36,711 nt of DNA from sequence record SRR31147125_413. One strand, 5' to 3'. This document shows, piece by piece, positions 1 through 9,592 of this stretch. The position numbers and the translations under genes were made by a program. The stretch's first letter is position 1; each line of letters opens with the position of its first letter. Under the pieces are notes generated by a model. It did not search any database. It saw only the letters and a list, made by a program, of their open reading frames with translations, and was not told the DNA's origin.

Positions 1-1
1 T

Positions 2-1024
2 GTTGATGGTATTCATTTTGATGATTATTTCTATTCTTATAATGGTATGAGTGATGCACAAGATGCATCAGCATATAATAAATATGCAAATGACGGAGAA
101 TCACTTGCTGATTTTAGAAGAAGAAATGTGGATACTTTAATTGAAGGATTACATACACTCATTGACCAAACGAATACAAATCAAGATAAAACAATTGAAT
201 TTGGTGTTTCACCATTTGGTATTTGGTCATCAACTGAAGCGGAAGGATCAAATACATCACCATATACACTTCAAAGCTATAGTGATCAGTATGCAGATAC
301 AAAGAAATGGGTTGAAGAAGGATGGTTAGATTACATCTTACCGCAGCTTTACTGGGAATTTGATCACTCATCAGCACCATATGCTGATTTAGTTGACTGG
401 TGGGCTGAACTTTGTGAAGCAAATGATGTTGACCTCATTATTGGTCATGGCTTTTATCGCTATGCTGATGATTCATGGGATTTCCAAAATGAATTCATCG
501 AGCAAATTAGATATGCTAATCAATATGATGCAGTTATAGGGAGTGCGTTATTCTCTTATAAAACACTAAATAGTGCACATACGAATGTGGTTGCAACCAT
601 CGAAAGGCTACAAGATACATACTGGACAACTTATCCAAGTTTCCCTTGGGAAAGTGATGTTGTTAAAGTTGAACCTCTTGATGAACCATCATATATGATG
701 AGTGGTCAACAAAACGATGATGATGCATATGAAAATGAAGTGAGTATAGTACTTACATCAGATGAAGATATTTATTATCAAATCAATGATGGTGAGTGGT
801 TATTATATAATCAATCTATTTTAATTGATGAGGCAGGAACTTATCGACTTGGATTTAAAGCATCAAATAATCAAGTTGAAAGTGATGAAGTTGTTTTAAA
901 CTTTACGATTGTTGAAATAGAAGATGATGAAAATACACTTAACCCGATTGTGATTATTGCCCCATCATCAGTAGGAGTCATTGCGTTAGGTGCGTGGATA
1001 TGGATCAAAAAATTCAAAAAATAA
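2..1024 (+). CDS. GHL10/DUF187 (YddW/DigH-like) glycoside hydrolase, membrane-anchored; 5' partial
   Basis: Frame is open from base 2 and reads VDGIHFDDYFY before the Met at 47. Also FGVSPFGIW, YADTKKW and LDYILPQLYW, typical of GHL10. A beta-sandwich-like tail, hydrophobic C-terminal helix and KKFKK follow. Confidence 0.88.
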   Translation, partial: VDGIHFDDYFYSYNGMSDAQDASAYNKYANDGESLADFRRRNVDTLIEGLHTLIDQTNTNQDKTIEFGVSPFGIWSSTEAEGSNTSPYTLQSYSDQYADTKKWVEEGWLDYILPQLYWEFDHSSAPYADLVDWWAELCEANDVDLIIGHGFYRYADDSWDFQNEFIEQIRYANQYDAVIGSALFSYKTLNSAHTNVVATIERLQDTYWTTYPSFPWESDVVKVEPLDEPSYMMSGQQNDDDAYENEVSIVLTSDEDIYYQINDGEWLLYNQSILIDEAGTYRLGFKASNNQVESDEVVLNFTIVEIEDDENTLNPIVIIAPSSVGVIALGAWIWIKKFKK

Positions 1025-2039
1025 AAGATTATATGGATGAAGGCATTAGGAAAAGAGATTTTCCTGGTGTCTCTATTGCCATGTCTATTGATGGAGAAGT
1101 TGCATCTATCCATAGAGGATATAAGCAACTTATGCCACAACTAGTGACATTAGATGATCATTGCGTCTATGATATAGCATCACTGACGAAAGTTATGTTT
1201 ACCACTACTGCAATCATGCAATTAATTGAAAAGGATAAATTAAAATTGGATACAAACATCAGTGATGTACTTCATTGGTTTAAACATAAAGATTTAACGA
1301 TTTATGATCTACTTATTCATAGTTCAGGTTTGCCTGCTGACATAAAAAAAGTTATACATATCAGCATAAAAATCAAATCATTGATACCATCAAAGATATG
1401 GATAAGATTTATCACAAACATGAACACATTGTTTATTCTGATGTAGGATTTATCTTATTAGGACTTATGATTGAAAAAGTAACTGATATGTCACTTGACC
1501 AATATGGAAAAAAATATATCTTTGAACCACTTCAAATGTATCATACAACATATCATCCTATCAAAGATATATGTGCACCGACTGAATATAGAAGTGATGA
1601 AACGTATGAAGGTATGTTGCAAGGAATTGTGCATGATGAGAAAGCTTTTGCTTTAGGTGAAGCGGGACATGCAGGGTTATTTTCTACATCAAGTGATTTG
1701 CTAAAATTTTGTCAATCATTATTAAATGATGAAAAGATACTCAAACGATCGAGTATTGAACAATTACAAGCCATACAAATGACTAAGCCTGATTTAAATG
1801 GCATATTGAAATCAAGAGCACTAGGATGGCAAAAACCTACAGGGACAACTTATGGTGGCAAATACATTGATCCAGATACAGTGCTCATGCATACTGGATT
1901 TACGGGTTGTCATATGGTCATAGATTTTAAATCAAATACAGCTTATGTTGCATTAAGTAATGCGATACATCCAAAAAGAACACTTAATCGTATCATTAAA
2001 TATCGAGAAACATTATCAAATATCATTATGGGAGCGTGA
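1000..2039 (+). pseudogene. Beta-lactamase-fold serine hydrolase (AmiE-like muropeptide amidase candidate); frameshifted as sequenced
   Basis: ORF 994-1446 has SxxK (DIASLTK) and LLIHSSGLP. ORF 1398-2039 has YSDVGF, GIVHDE, GHAGLFS and HTGFTG. One extra A in the A7 run at 1344-1350 joins them (PADIKKSYTYQHKNQ). Likely ATG at 1000 after AGGTG. No signal peptide. Confidence 0.8.
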
Positions 2040-2043
2040 ATTT

Positions 2044-5000
2044 ATGAGAAAAATATTATTTATACTAAGTCTTGTGTTTGCAAGTGTTATATTAATTAGT
2101 TGTAGTAATCCTACAATTGATTTAGACACAAAAACAATCACAGTAGAAGTAGGAGATACTTATCAACTTGATGCAAATGCATCAGATGATAGTGAACTCA
2201 TGTTTGAAACTAGCGATTCATCTATACTCACAATTAGTGACTCAGGTTTAATATCTGCTGTTAAAGCAGGCGATGCAACAGTAACTATATCACTAAAATC
2301 TGATGAAGATATATCAGTAACAGTAAATGTCACCGTTGTTTTAACACATTATGTGGACACAGATGACACTGAGTTAGTGGTTGTTGCTGATCATATGATT
2401 GATATTGATTTTGATGCATCTGGTGATGTTGATCTATCAAGTAGTGATACATCAATCTTTGTGATTGAAGATGGCAAAGTCAAAGGTGTATCTGAAGGTG
2501 TAGCAATACTGACAATTGCATTACAATCAGATGCAACCATTAAACAAGAAGTATCAATTACAGTGACTAAAAATGTGATGTTATCTATTGATGAACCACT
2601 TAATGAATTATATGTTGGAGAACAAAGAGTACTTATGTTTGAATCAAATGATGATGTAACTTTTGAATCATCTGATACATCAGTTGCAACCATTGATGCA
2701 AATGGTACGTTAGATGTACTTGCACTTGGACAAGTAACGATTTCAGTTGTCTCAACTTATGATACAACAATTAAAACATCAATGACATTTGATGTACTAG
2801 ATGCACCTGCTTCATTAGATATTGTTGGTGATGAACAAATGATGATTGATGATACGAGTGCTTTAAGTATTACATCAAATGATGCATCATATAAAGGTGT
2901 CATCTGGAGTTCTAGTAACGAAGAGATTGCAACAATTAATGCACTTGGTGAAATCACAGCGTTACAACCAGGACAAATCACATTTAGTGCAACATCAAAA
3001 GCAGATGATGATATCACTGCAACACATGATATGGAAATATTGAATGCAGTTGTTGTAAAAAGTGATGCACAATCAGGAGATACTTATACACATCTTGGAT
3101 TTGACTATGTATATGGGGAAAGACTTTATACGTCTATAAGCCAAGCATTAGAAAATATTAGTGAAAACACACTTATCTTATTAACTGATGGTCTTTATGA
3201 TGAACTTATTGAAATTGATGTTAATGGGACAACTTTAAAAGCAATCGATACAGCGACTATTTCTAGTATTGTATCTGTTGATGCTGATGATGTGACATTA
3301 AGTGAATTAAGTTTTGTTAATCAAGGACGTGTATTAAATACAAACCCTATTAAAAATTTTACGTTTAATAGAAATGAAGCAACAGCGCTTCAATCACTTG
3401 ATGGTGCATTTATGTCACTTAATCATGTCGATGGATTGATCATTAACAACAATAACTTCTATGCATTTACAGGACAAGCGATTCAACTTGATGATGTCAT
3501 GATCAGTCACACTGAACTTACACATAATCAATTTACAAATATAACAAAAGCATTTGCTTTTGATTATAATGTGGCATCTACACTTGATGCAACACTTTTA
3601 ATTGAGAGAAATATTATCACACAAGTTGTTGATGCGATGGATATTTTAATTGATGAATCAGTCAATGTTAACTCATATATTAGATTTAATGAAGTCTCAG
3701 CTTATAGTGGCTATGCGCTTTATGCAATGGAAAATAACTCATTAGATGCAACACTTAACTACTGGGGAACTGAAACACTTGATATGCAAAAATTTGTGAA
3801 TTTAAGTGATATGCAATTAAGAGGTTATTACGATAATCCATCAGATATCATTAGTGAAGATGATTTTGATCCAGAAATTCCAGTTAAAATATTACCAGAT
3901 CAAGAAGAAATAGACATGATCTTAGGTGAAGAAGCACAAATCACATTTACTGTATTACCAAGTACAGCTTCAACATCTAGAGTTAAATTTATCACATCTG
4001 ATTCTGATACACTTAGAATTAACACAGCAGGTGATTTAAATCCGCTTACAAGTGGACAAGCAACGATTACACTAAGATTATCAAGTGATTTCTCAATCAA
4101 TGCTCAAGTCGTTGTAAATATTACAACAACACCGGGTATTGAATTAAAACCAGATATGGTTTCATCGGGTGTAGAAGTTGGTGATTTGTTCATACTAGAA
4201 GCAACACCTTTCCCACTAGATATAGAAGATGCTGATGTAACACTGACATCAAGTGATCCAATGATTGCGACCATTGATCAATTAGGTGTTGTTGAAGCAA
4301 AACAAGCAGGACTTGTCACATTTACTGCAACACTTGATGATGATACAAGTGTGACACAAACATTTACGATTGAAATCTATGATGAACTTGATGATAATAA
4401 CCTACTTGACTTACTCACAAATTATCAAGTGAGTTATACAACACCACATGAGTGGATTGCTTATGGTACAAGTTATAACTATTATGATTTTAAATATGAA
4501 AGTGTATCTAAATATTACTTTGATGATGTAGAAATCAATCAAAGTAAAATGCTAGATATTAGTACAGGTATTAGACCAGGAGAACCATTTGATGATCTTC
4601 CAGCAGGAGTGACACAATATAATCCATATAACGTTTATTGGGTTGTTGTTCATGACACAGCTAATACATCAACTGGTGCAGGCGCACTCTCTCATGCAAA
4701 CTACTTATGGAATGCTGCATCTAATGGTACACAATTATGGACATCATGGCATTTCTCAATTGATGACCAAGAACTCTACCAACATCTTCCAGAAACTGAA
4801 AGAGGATATCATGCAGGTGATGGTTCATCTCAACCGCTTCAAGGATCAACATATCTAGGTGGTGGTAATCGTAATGGTATCGGTATTGAAATGGGTGTTA
4901 ATGATGATGCTGATGTTTACCGTACATGGCAACGTACTGCAAAACTTGTCGCATCTCTACTAACTAAATATGATTTACCAAGAGAAAACATGAAATATCA

Positions 5001-5280
5001 TAATGACTTTAGTGGTAAAGACTGTCCTAAAACACTTAGAAATGCTGGACTCATCCCACTATTTGAAGAATTCCAAGATATTGAATACAAAGTAGCCGAC
5101 GACTTTAGTGATGCAACCATCACATTCGAGTCACACAACCCAGAATACTTAGATAACACAGGTAGAATCATTGATATGCCTGATCGTGCAATGACTGTCA
5201 GTTATACAGTGACAGTGACTCAAAATGGTGAGTCAGTTGCACGTACATTCTATAGCTACTTACCAGGCACAGTACACTAG
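2044..5280 (+). CDS. Lipoprotein N-acetylmuramoyl-L-alanine amidase (C-terminal Amidase_2) with multiple Ig-like (Big_2) repeats and a beta-helix-like middle region
   Basis: ATG 2044 after GGAG; lipobox-like ILISC. Repeated W/F-x-SSD-x-x-IATID Ig motifs. C-terminal VVVHDTAN, SWHFSIDD, YHAGDG, GIGIEM and YHNDFSGKDCP zinc amidase motifs. Confidence 0.9.
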   Translation: MRKILFILSLVFASVILISCSNPTIDLDTKTITVEVGDTYQLDANASDDSELMFETSDSSILTISDSGLISAVKAGDATVTISLKSDEDISVTVNVTVVLTHYVDTDDTELVVVADHMIDIDFDASGDVDLSSSDTSIFVIEDGKVKGVSEGVAILTIALQSDATIKQEVSITVTKNVMLSIDEPLNELYVGEQRVLMFESNDDVTFESSDTSVATIDANGTLDVLALGQVTISVVSTYDTTIKTSMTFDVLDAPASLDIVGDEQMMIDDTSALSITSNDASYKGVIWSSSNEEIATINALGEITALQPGQITFSATSKADDDITATHDMEILNAVVVKSDAQSGDTYTHLGFDYVYGERLYTSISQALENISENTLILLTDGLYDELIEIDVNGTTLKAIDTATISSIVSVDADDVTLSELSFVNQGRVLNTNPIKNFTFNRNEATALQSLDGAFMSLNHVDGLIINNNNFYAFTGQAIQLDDVMISHTELTHNQFTNITKAFAFDYNVASTLDATLLIERNIITQVVDAMDILIDESVNVNSYIRFNEVSAYSGYALYAMENNSLDATLNYWGTETLDMQKFVNLSDMQLRGYYDNPSDIISEDDFDPEIPVKILPDQEEIDMILGEEAQITFTVLPSTASTSRVKFITSDSDTLRINTAGDLNPLTSGQATITLRLSSDFSINAQVVVNITTTPGIELKPDMVSSGVEVGDLFILEATPFPLDIEDADVTLTSSDPMIATIDQLGVVEAKQAGLVTFTATLDDDTSVTQTFTIEIYDELDDNNLLDLLTNYQVSYTTPHEWIAYGTSYNYYDFKYESVSKYYFDDVEINQSKMLDISTGIRPGEPFDDLPAGVTQYNPYNVYWVVVHDTANTSTGAGALSHANYLWNAASNGTQLWTSWHFSIDDQELYQHLPETERGYHAGDGSSQPLQGSTYLGGGNRNGIGIEMGVNDDADVYRTWQRTAKLVASLLTKYDLPRENMKYHNDFSGKDCPKTLRNAGLIPLFEEFQDIEYKVADDFSDATITFESHNPEYLDNTGRIIDMPDRAMTVSYTVTVTQNGESVARTFYSYLPGTVH

Positions 5281-5345
5281 AACTTGAAAAAATTATTCAA
5301 TAGTTGTAAAAACAAAGAACAACGCTGGCAATTTAAGAAATTCAA

Positions 5346-5374
5346 TTGACAGCGTTTTCATAAAAACATAAAAT
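5346..5374 (+). promoter_or_regulatory. Sigma70-type promoter with overlapping cre/LacI-type operator
   Basis: TTGACA (5346-5351), 17 bp, TAAAAT (5369-5374). TGACAGCGTTTTCA (5347-5360) fully fits TGWNANCGNTNWCA. GGAGG RBS precedes ATG 5401. Confidence 0.75.
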
Positions 5375-5400
5375 GAACGTATACAAACGAGGAGGAAAAT

Positions 5401-7776
5401 ATGAAAAAAATAGTAACAGTTTTATTATTAAGTATTTTTGTTTTCGCAGCATATGGTATGAACCATGTACAAGCTGCAGAAGATGATCTTATTGATTTAT
5501 ATCCATGGGATCAAAAAGGGACACTAGATGGCAGTGAACCTTATACACAAACATTAGTTGGTGATTCTAACTGGGATTTCGTGTATGGTGGATATAGATA
5601 TCATGTTGTTAAAGATTCAGCAAGATATGTGACTGAATTTAATGATGATGACTCTAATGGTTACATTAGTGCTATCGAAATGACTGGTATGAGTTGGAAT
5701 GCATTTGCTTCATTAATTATTAATGATACAGAAGATACAGTGGTATTAGAAACTGCAAGCTCAAGAACTGACTTAACACAAGTTGTTCATAGAAAATATG
5801 CATATTTTGATGAAAATGGTGCATTACAAATGTTTGAAGACCACATTAGTGCATATTACATTCACAATGATGGAACAAACGAAGCTCCTGATTGGCGTCT
5901 AGCTACTCAAGCAGAAAAAGATGCTTATGATGCTGCAGCAGATCCTGCTGTTGATACACCAATGACAAGAGCAACTCACATCCGTATGGCACTTGATTCA
6001 AGTGATGCTGATGGATACGTAGTTGAACCTTTAGGATATCTTAAATGGACAAATGCTGATGTAGATACTGCAACTGCTGATATGGAAGATTGGTCATCAA
6101 TTGTTGATGGGAATCCTGACTTTGTGACAATCCCTGCGGGTTGGACAACTGTAAGTTTTGGTACATTAGACCGTGGTTCAGCAAATGCTAAAACTACTGA
6201 ATATATTACAATGTTCCCTGAATTTATGATTGATGAAGATATTGAACCATTCTATACAGAGTATACAAATCAACCTGCATCATTTGATGGATTAACTGCG
6301 CTTGATAATGATTTAGCAACTGATGGTATTAATATCGTTGTTGATTATAATTCAGTATTTGAATTACCTAATACAGTATCAGCATCTTGGTTAGATATGT
6401 TTGATGAAAATGATAAAATCATCAACAGTACTGAAAAAATAGATTTCTCAGTAACTATTTCTCAAGATGGCACTGATTTACAAACAATAGATTATGTTTT
6501 TGATTCAGAAACTGATTTATACACTGCAAGTGCTGCAGTGAATGTTATTGATTCAAGTGTATTTGGTTCAGGTTATAAAGCTGTTTGGTCAGCAACTACA
6601 CCTGAAGGTGATTTACAAGAAGTTGAAGCAGATATCGTTATCGGTGTTATGCCACCTACATTTAGTGGTGTTGTTGACCGTTTCGGTGATCAAGGTGTCT
6701 TTATCGACTTATTAGAAGGCGTTACAGCTGATGATGGTTATGGTAATAGTAAAACTGATGATATTGTTGTTTCATATCCTTCAAACTTTAATCCTTATTA
6801 TCCAATGCCTGGAACTTACCAAATTGATTTAGAATTTAATCATCATGTACATTTTGAAGGTGTTGATCCTGAAATTACAATTAAAGCAGAAGTGATTGCT
6901 TTTGATCCTGATGAAAGATTAAATGCTGATGTAGATATTAATACATTAAGTGCATCTGGTGATTATGCGATTTGGACAGAAATTGACAATTTCACTGATT
7001 CAGCTTCAAGCTGGGGTTCAGTTATCGTTGTTGTTGCTGCTGATGGTACAATGAAAGAACGTTATGACAGATATACTTGGGAACATACTACAAGTACTGG
7101 TACAGTTGTTGGTGATGCAAACTTATTCGCTGCATGGCAAGCTGCGCTTACACTTGAAGAAGATGAATTCATTATTGCAACTCATGGTTCAAATAATGCA
7201 CCAAGATTACGTTCAGGTAATTTAGCATTTGGTGATAGTTTATCATTTGAAGTTGGTAAACCTGATGAAGATTTTGATATCTTAACAAATGCTTCATACG
7301 AATTAGTCATTGATGATTTAACTGCACCAACATTAATCGTATTAGATGATGAATTTGCAATTGAAAGTGATGATTTTGATTCAGTAAATGATGCTATTTT
7401 AGCAAATGTTGCTGCATACGATTATACTGATGCTGCAGATGACTTAGCAGTTTATGTATCTGATAATGGTGGACTTGATTTAGCTACTGCTGGTGTTTAT
7501 ACAGTTGAAGTGACTGTAGAAGATGCTGCTGGTAATTCAGATGTTCGTTCATTTGATGTGACTGTTAAAGAAGCTAAACCATCTAGTTCAGATGTTCAAG
7601 ATTTAATTGATGATCAAAAAGTAACTGATGATGATATTCAAGCGTTAATTGATGCTGCGATTGATGATCTTCCAGAAGATGAAAAAGGCGCAACTGTAGG
7701 TGTAACAATTATTGTTGCAGTACTTGCATCAGCTGCATCATTTGGTGCTTCATTCTTCTTAATTAAAAAGAAATAA
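5401..7776 (+). CDS. Acidic surface protein of unknown function with Ig-like (DUF5011/HYR-like) modules and C-terminal membrane anchor
   Basis: Sec signal peptide (VQA-AE). Ig-like motifs PPTFSGV...GVTADDGYG and DDLTAPTL...VEDAAGN. C-terminal TM helix plus KKK; no LPxTG. Confidence 0.75.
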   Translation: MKKIVTVLLLSIFVFAAYGMNHVQAAEDDLIDLYPWDQKGTLDGSEPYTQTLVGDSNWDFVYGGYRYHVVKDSARYVTEFNDDDSNGYISAIEMTGMSWNAFASLIINDTEDTVVLETASSRTDLTQVVHRKYAYFDENGALQMFEDHISAYYIHNDGTNEAPDWRLATQAEKDAYDAAADPAVDTPMTRATHIRMALDSSDADGYVVEPLGYLKWTNADVDTATADMEDWSSIVDGNPDFVTIPAGWTTVSFGTLDRGSANAKTTEYITMFPEFMIDEDIEPFYTEYTNQPASFDGLTALDNDLATDGINIVVDYNSVFELPNTVSASWLDMFDENDKIINSTEKIDFSVTISQDGTDLQTIDYVFDSETDLYTASAAVNVIDSSVFGSGYKAVWSATTPEGDLQEVEADIVIGVMPPTFSGVVDRFGDQGVFIDLLEGVTADDGYGNSKTDDIVVSYPSNFNPYYPMPGTYQIDLEFNHHVHFEGVDPEITIKAEVIAFDPDERLNADVDINTLSASGDYAIWTEIDNFTDSASSWGSVIVVVAADGTMKERYDRYTWEHTTSTGTVVGDANLFAAWQAALTLEEDEFIIATHGSNNAPRLRSGNLAFGDSLSFEVGKPDEDFDILTNASYELVIDDLTAPTLIVLDDEFAIESDDFDSVNDAILANVAAYDYTDAADDLAVYVSDNGGLDLATAGVYTVEVTVEDAAGNSDVRSFDVTVKEAKPSSSDVQDLIDDQKVTDDDIQALIDAAIDDLPEDEKGATVGVTIIVAVLASAASFGASFFLIKKK

Positions 7777-7806
7777 TATTATTCTAAACGCTTAATAATT
7801 TCGATT

Positions 7807-7845
7807 GAAAGCACTCATTTTTAAGGGTGCTTTCTCTATTTTTTT
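7807..7845 (+). terminator. Intrinsic terminator
   Basis: Stem GAAAGCACTC/GGGTGCTTTC (one G-U pair) followed by TCTATTTTTTT, just after the stop at 7776. Confidence 0.75.
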
Positions 7846-7855
7846 CAAATATGGA

Positions 7856-7882
7856 TGTAAACGCTTTGAAAATATTTTTTCA
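7856..7882 (+). promoter_or_regulatory. Candidate cre-like site plus adjacent RpiR-type palindrome upstream of transport operon
   Basis: TGTAAACGCTTTGA (7856-7869) has one mismatch to the cre consensus. TGAAAA-TATT-TTTTCA (7867-7882) is palindromic. TATAAT lies at 7930-7935. Confidence 0.4.
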
Positions 7883-7978
7883 TATTTGAAAATAATGGAT
7901 TTTGACTATATTTAGAGATTGAAAAAATGTATAATTTAGGTATAGAAAACTATATCTTTACAAGAAAGGGAGTTAAAC

Positions 7979-9532
7979 ATGTTTAAAAAAATATTTGGAG
8001 TTATGCTAGTGATTACATTATCACTAACAATTGCTGCATGTGGTAGTGATGCAACTGCATCATTTAGTGGTGTGAGTGACGCAACTATTTCAGTTGGTTC
8101 GACATTTGATCCATTAGCTGGCGTGAGCGCAACCGATAGTGAATCTGGAGATATCACAAGTGATATCACCGTATCAGGTAGTGTCAATACTGCTGTAGCA
8201 GGTACATATACATTGACATATAAAGTAACAGGTAGTGATGGCGAAGAGGTTTCTGTTGAAAGAGAAATTACAGTAACTAATGGAAATACCGGAGATGCTG
8301 AAGAAATCGTGATTATGCATGGTGCAACTTATGAAGTTGATCCATTCCATGATGACTATACTGGTAATGATCAATCTGAAAGACAACAATTACAACGTCA
8401 AGTTGAAGCTGAATATAATGTAAAAATTGTTTATAAATCTTATCCAGCAAATGCACCTTGGGGTCCTGATAGAGTAACTGCAATTATTAATGCATCAGTT
8501 GCAGGTGATCCACTGGCAGATATTTATTGGACAACAAGTGATTGGACTCAACAATTGGCAGATAAAAATGCCATTGTATCCATTGATCAATATTTAGGTA
8601 ATGTTGGTGAAAATATTGACGAAGATTTCTTAACTGTTGGTGCTTATAAAGGGTCAAATTATGCATTTGGTTCTGAAAAACTTACAGTGGATTTAGGGTT
8701 ATATTATAATGCTGATCTTGTGTCAAGTTTAGGTGTTGAAAATCCTACACAGTTATTCTTAGATGGAGAGTGGACATGGTCTAAATTTGAAAGTTGGGCA
8801 ACACAAGTTCAAACTGCATTATCTTCACAAGGTGAAGATCAATATGCATTAGGTGGCGCAATGAGTGCTTATGCACAATCAATGGTACCACTTAATGGTG
8901 GACAACTCATTAATACTGTTACTGAACGTGTTGGTTTTAATCAAAATAAAGCACTTGATACATATAGTTTCTTAAATGATTTATGGACACAAGGATTATT
9001 TGAACCTGATGGTCAATATGACGCAGGTTCACCACTATGGCAAACAGGTAAAGTTGCGATGCATCCAGGTAGCTTATGGTTTGTTAAAGCTGATAATCGC
9101 TGGGGTGGTCTAGCATTTGAATTAGGTTTTGTACCTTTCCCAGTTGCTGATGACTTTAGTGTTGAAGATTATGTATCACCTGTCTCAGGAGTTGCAACTT
9201 ATAATCTTGCAAGTGGTATGTCTAGTGAAAGAGAACAACTAGTCTTTGAAGTTTGGAATGAACTCCAATTATGGAAAACTGAAGAAGAATTAAAATCAGA
9301 ATTTGAAATATCATTAATCACTAAATTTGATAAACAAATATATGTTGATGCATATTTAGAAGTCTATGATGGTATATATTTAGAAATTATTAATGCACTG
9401 GGTATTAACGCATACAGTGAAAATGGATGGCGTAGAAATATCAATGCAGGTATTGAAGAAGGTACTTATCGTACATTAATGGGTCAAATTGAACCTATTT
9501 ATGCAACAGCATTAGAAGATTATTTAGAATAA
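7979..9532 (+). CDS. Carbohydrate ABC transporter solute-binding lipoprotein with N-terminal Ig-like (DUF5011-like) domain
   Basis: Lipobox IAACG; FDPLAGVSATDSESGDIT...GTYTLTYKV Ig module; SBP motifs GLYYNADL, GEWTWSKF and GFVPFP. Confidence 0.88.
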   Translation: MFKKIFGVMLVITLSLTIAACGSDATASFSGVSDATISVGSTFDPLAGVSATDSESGDITSDITVSGSVNTAVAGTYTLTYKVTGSDGEEVSVEREITVTNGNTGDAEEIVIMHGATYEVDPFHDDYTGNDQSERQQLQRQVEAEYNVKIVYKSYPANAPWGPDRVTAIINASVAGDPLADIYWTTSDWTQQLADKNAIVSIDQYLGNVGENIDEDFLTVGAYKGSNYAFGSEKLTVDLGLYYNADLVSSLGVENPTQLFLDGEWTWSKFESWATQVQTALSSQGEDQYALGGAMSAYAQSMVPLNGGQLINTVTERVGFNQNKALDTYSFLNDLWTQGLFEPDGQYDAGSPLWQTGKVAMHPGSLWFVKADNRWGGLAFELGFVPFPVADDFSVEDYVSPVSGVATYNLASGMSSEREQLVFEVWNELQLWKTEEELKSEFEISLITKFDKQIYVDAYLEVYDGIYLEIINALGINAYSENGWRRNINAGIEEGTYRTLMGQIEPIYATALEDYLE

Positions 9533-9549
9533 AACAAAGAGTATAAGTT

Positions 9550-9571
9550 ATCCCCCTTTTATAAGGGGGAT
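9550..9571 (+). promoter_or_regulatory. Intercistronic stem-loop (mRNA stabiliser or partial terminator)
   Basis: ATCCCCCTT-TTAT-AAGGGGGAT is a perfect 9-bp stem with no real U-tract, located after the SBP gene. Confidence 0.6.
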
Positions 9572-9592
9572 CATTTAAAGGGAGTGCAAACA

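Noticed and set aside
1000-2039. Beta-lactam resistance gene
   Set aside because: The SxxK/YSD/HTGFTG pattern, lack of a signal peptide and nagZ/namZ/murQ context favour an AmiE-like or esterase role.
1960-2043. Longer N-terminus for the amidase given in the ORF track
   Set aside because: It overlaps the serine hydrolase. ATG 2044 has an RBS and starts a proper lipoprotein signal peptide.
2044-5280. Prophage endolysin
   Set aside because: It is a lipoprotein with Ig repeats, and no holin, integrase or phage structural gene is nearby.
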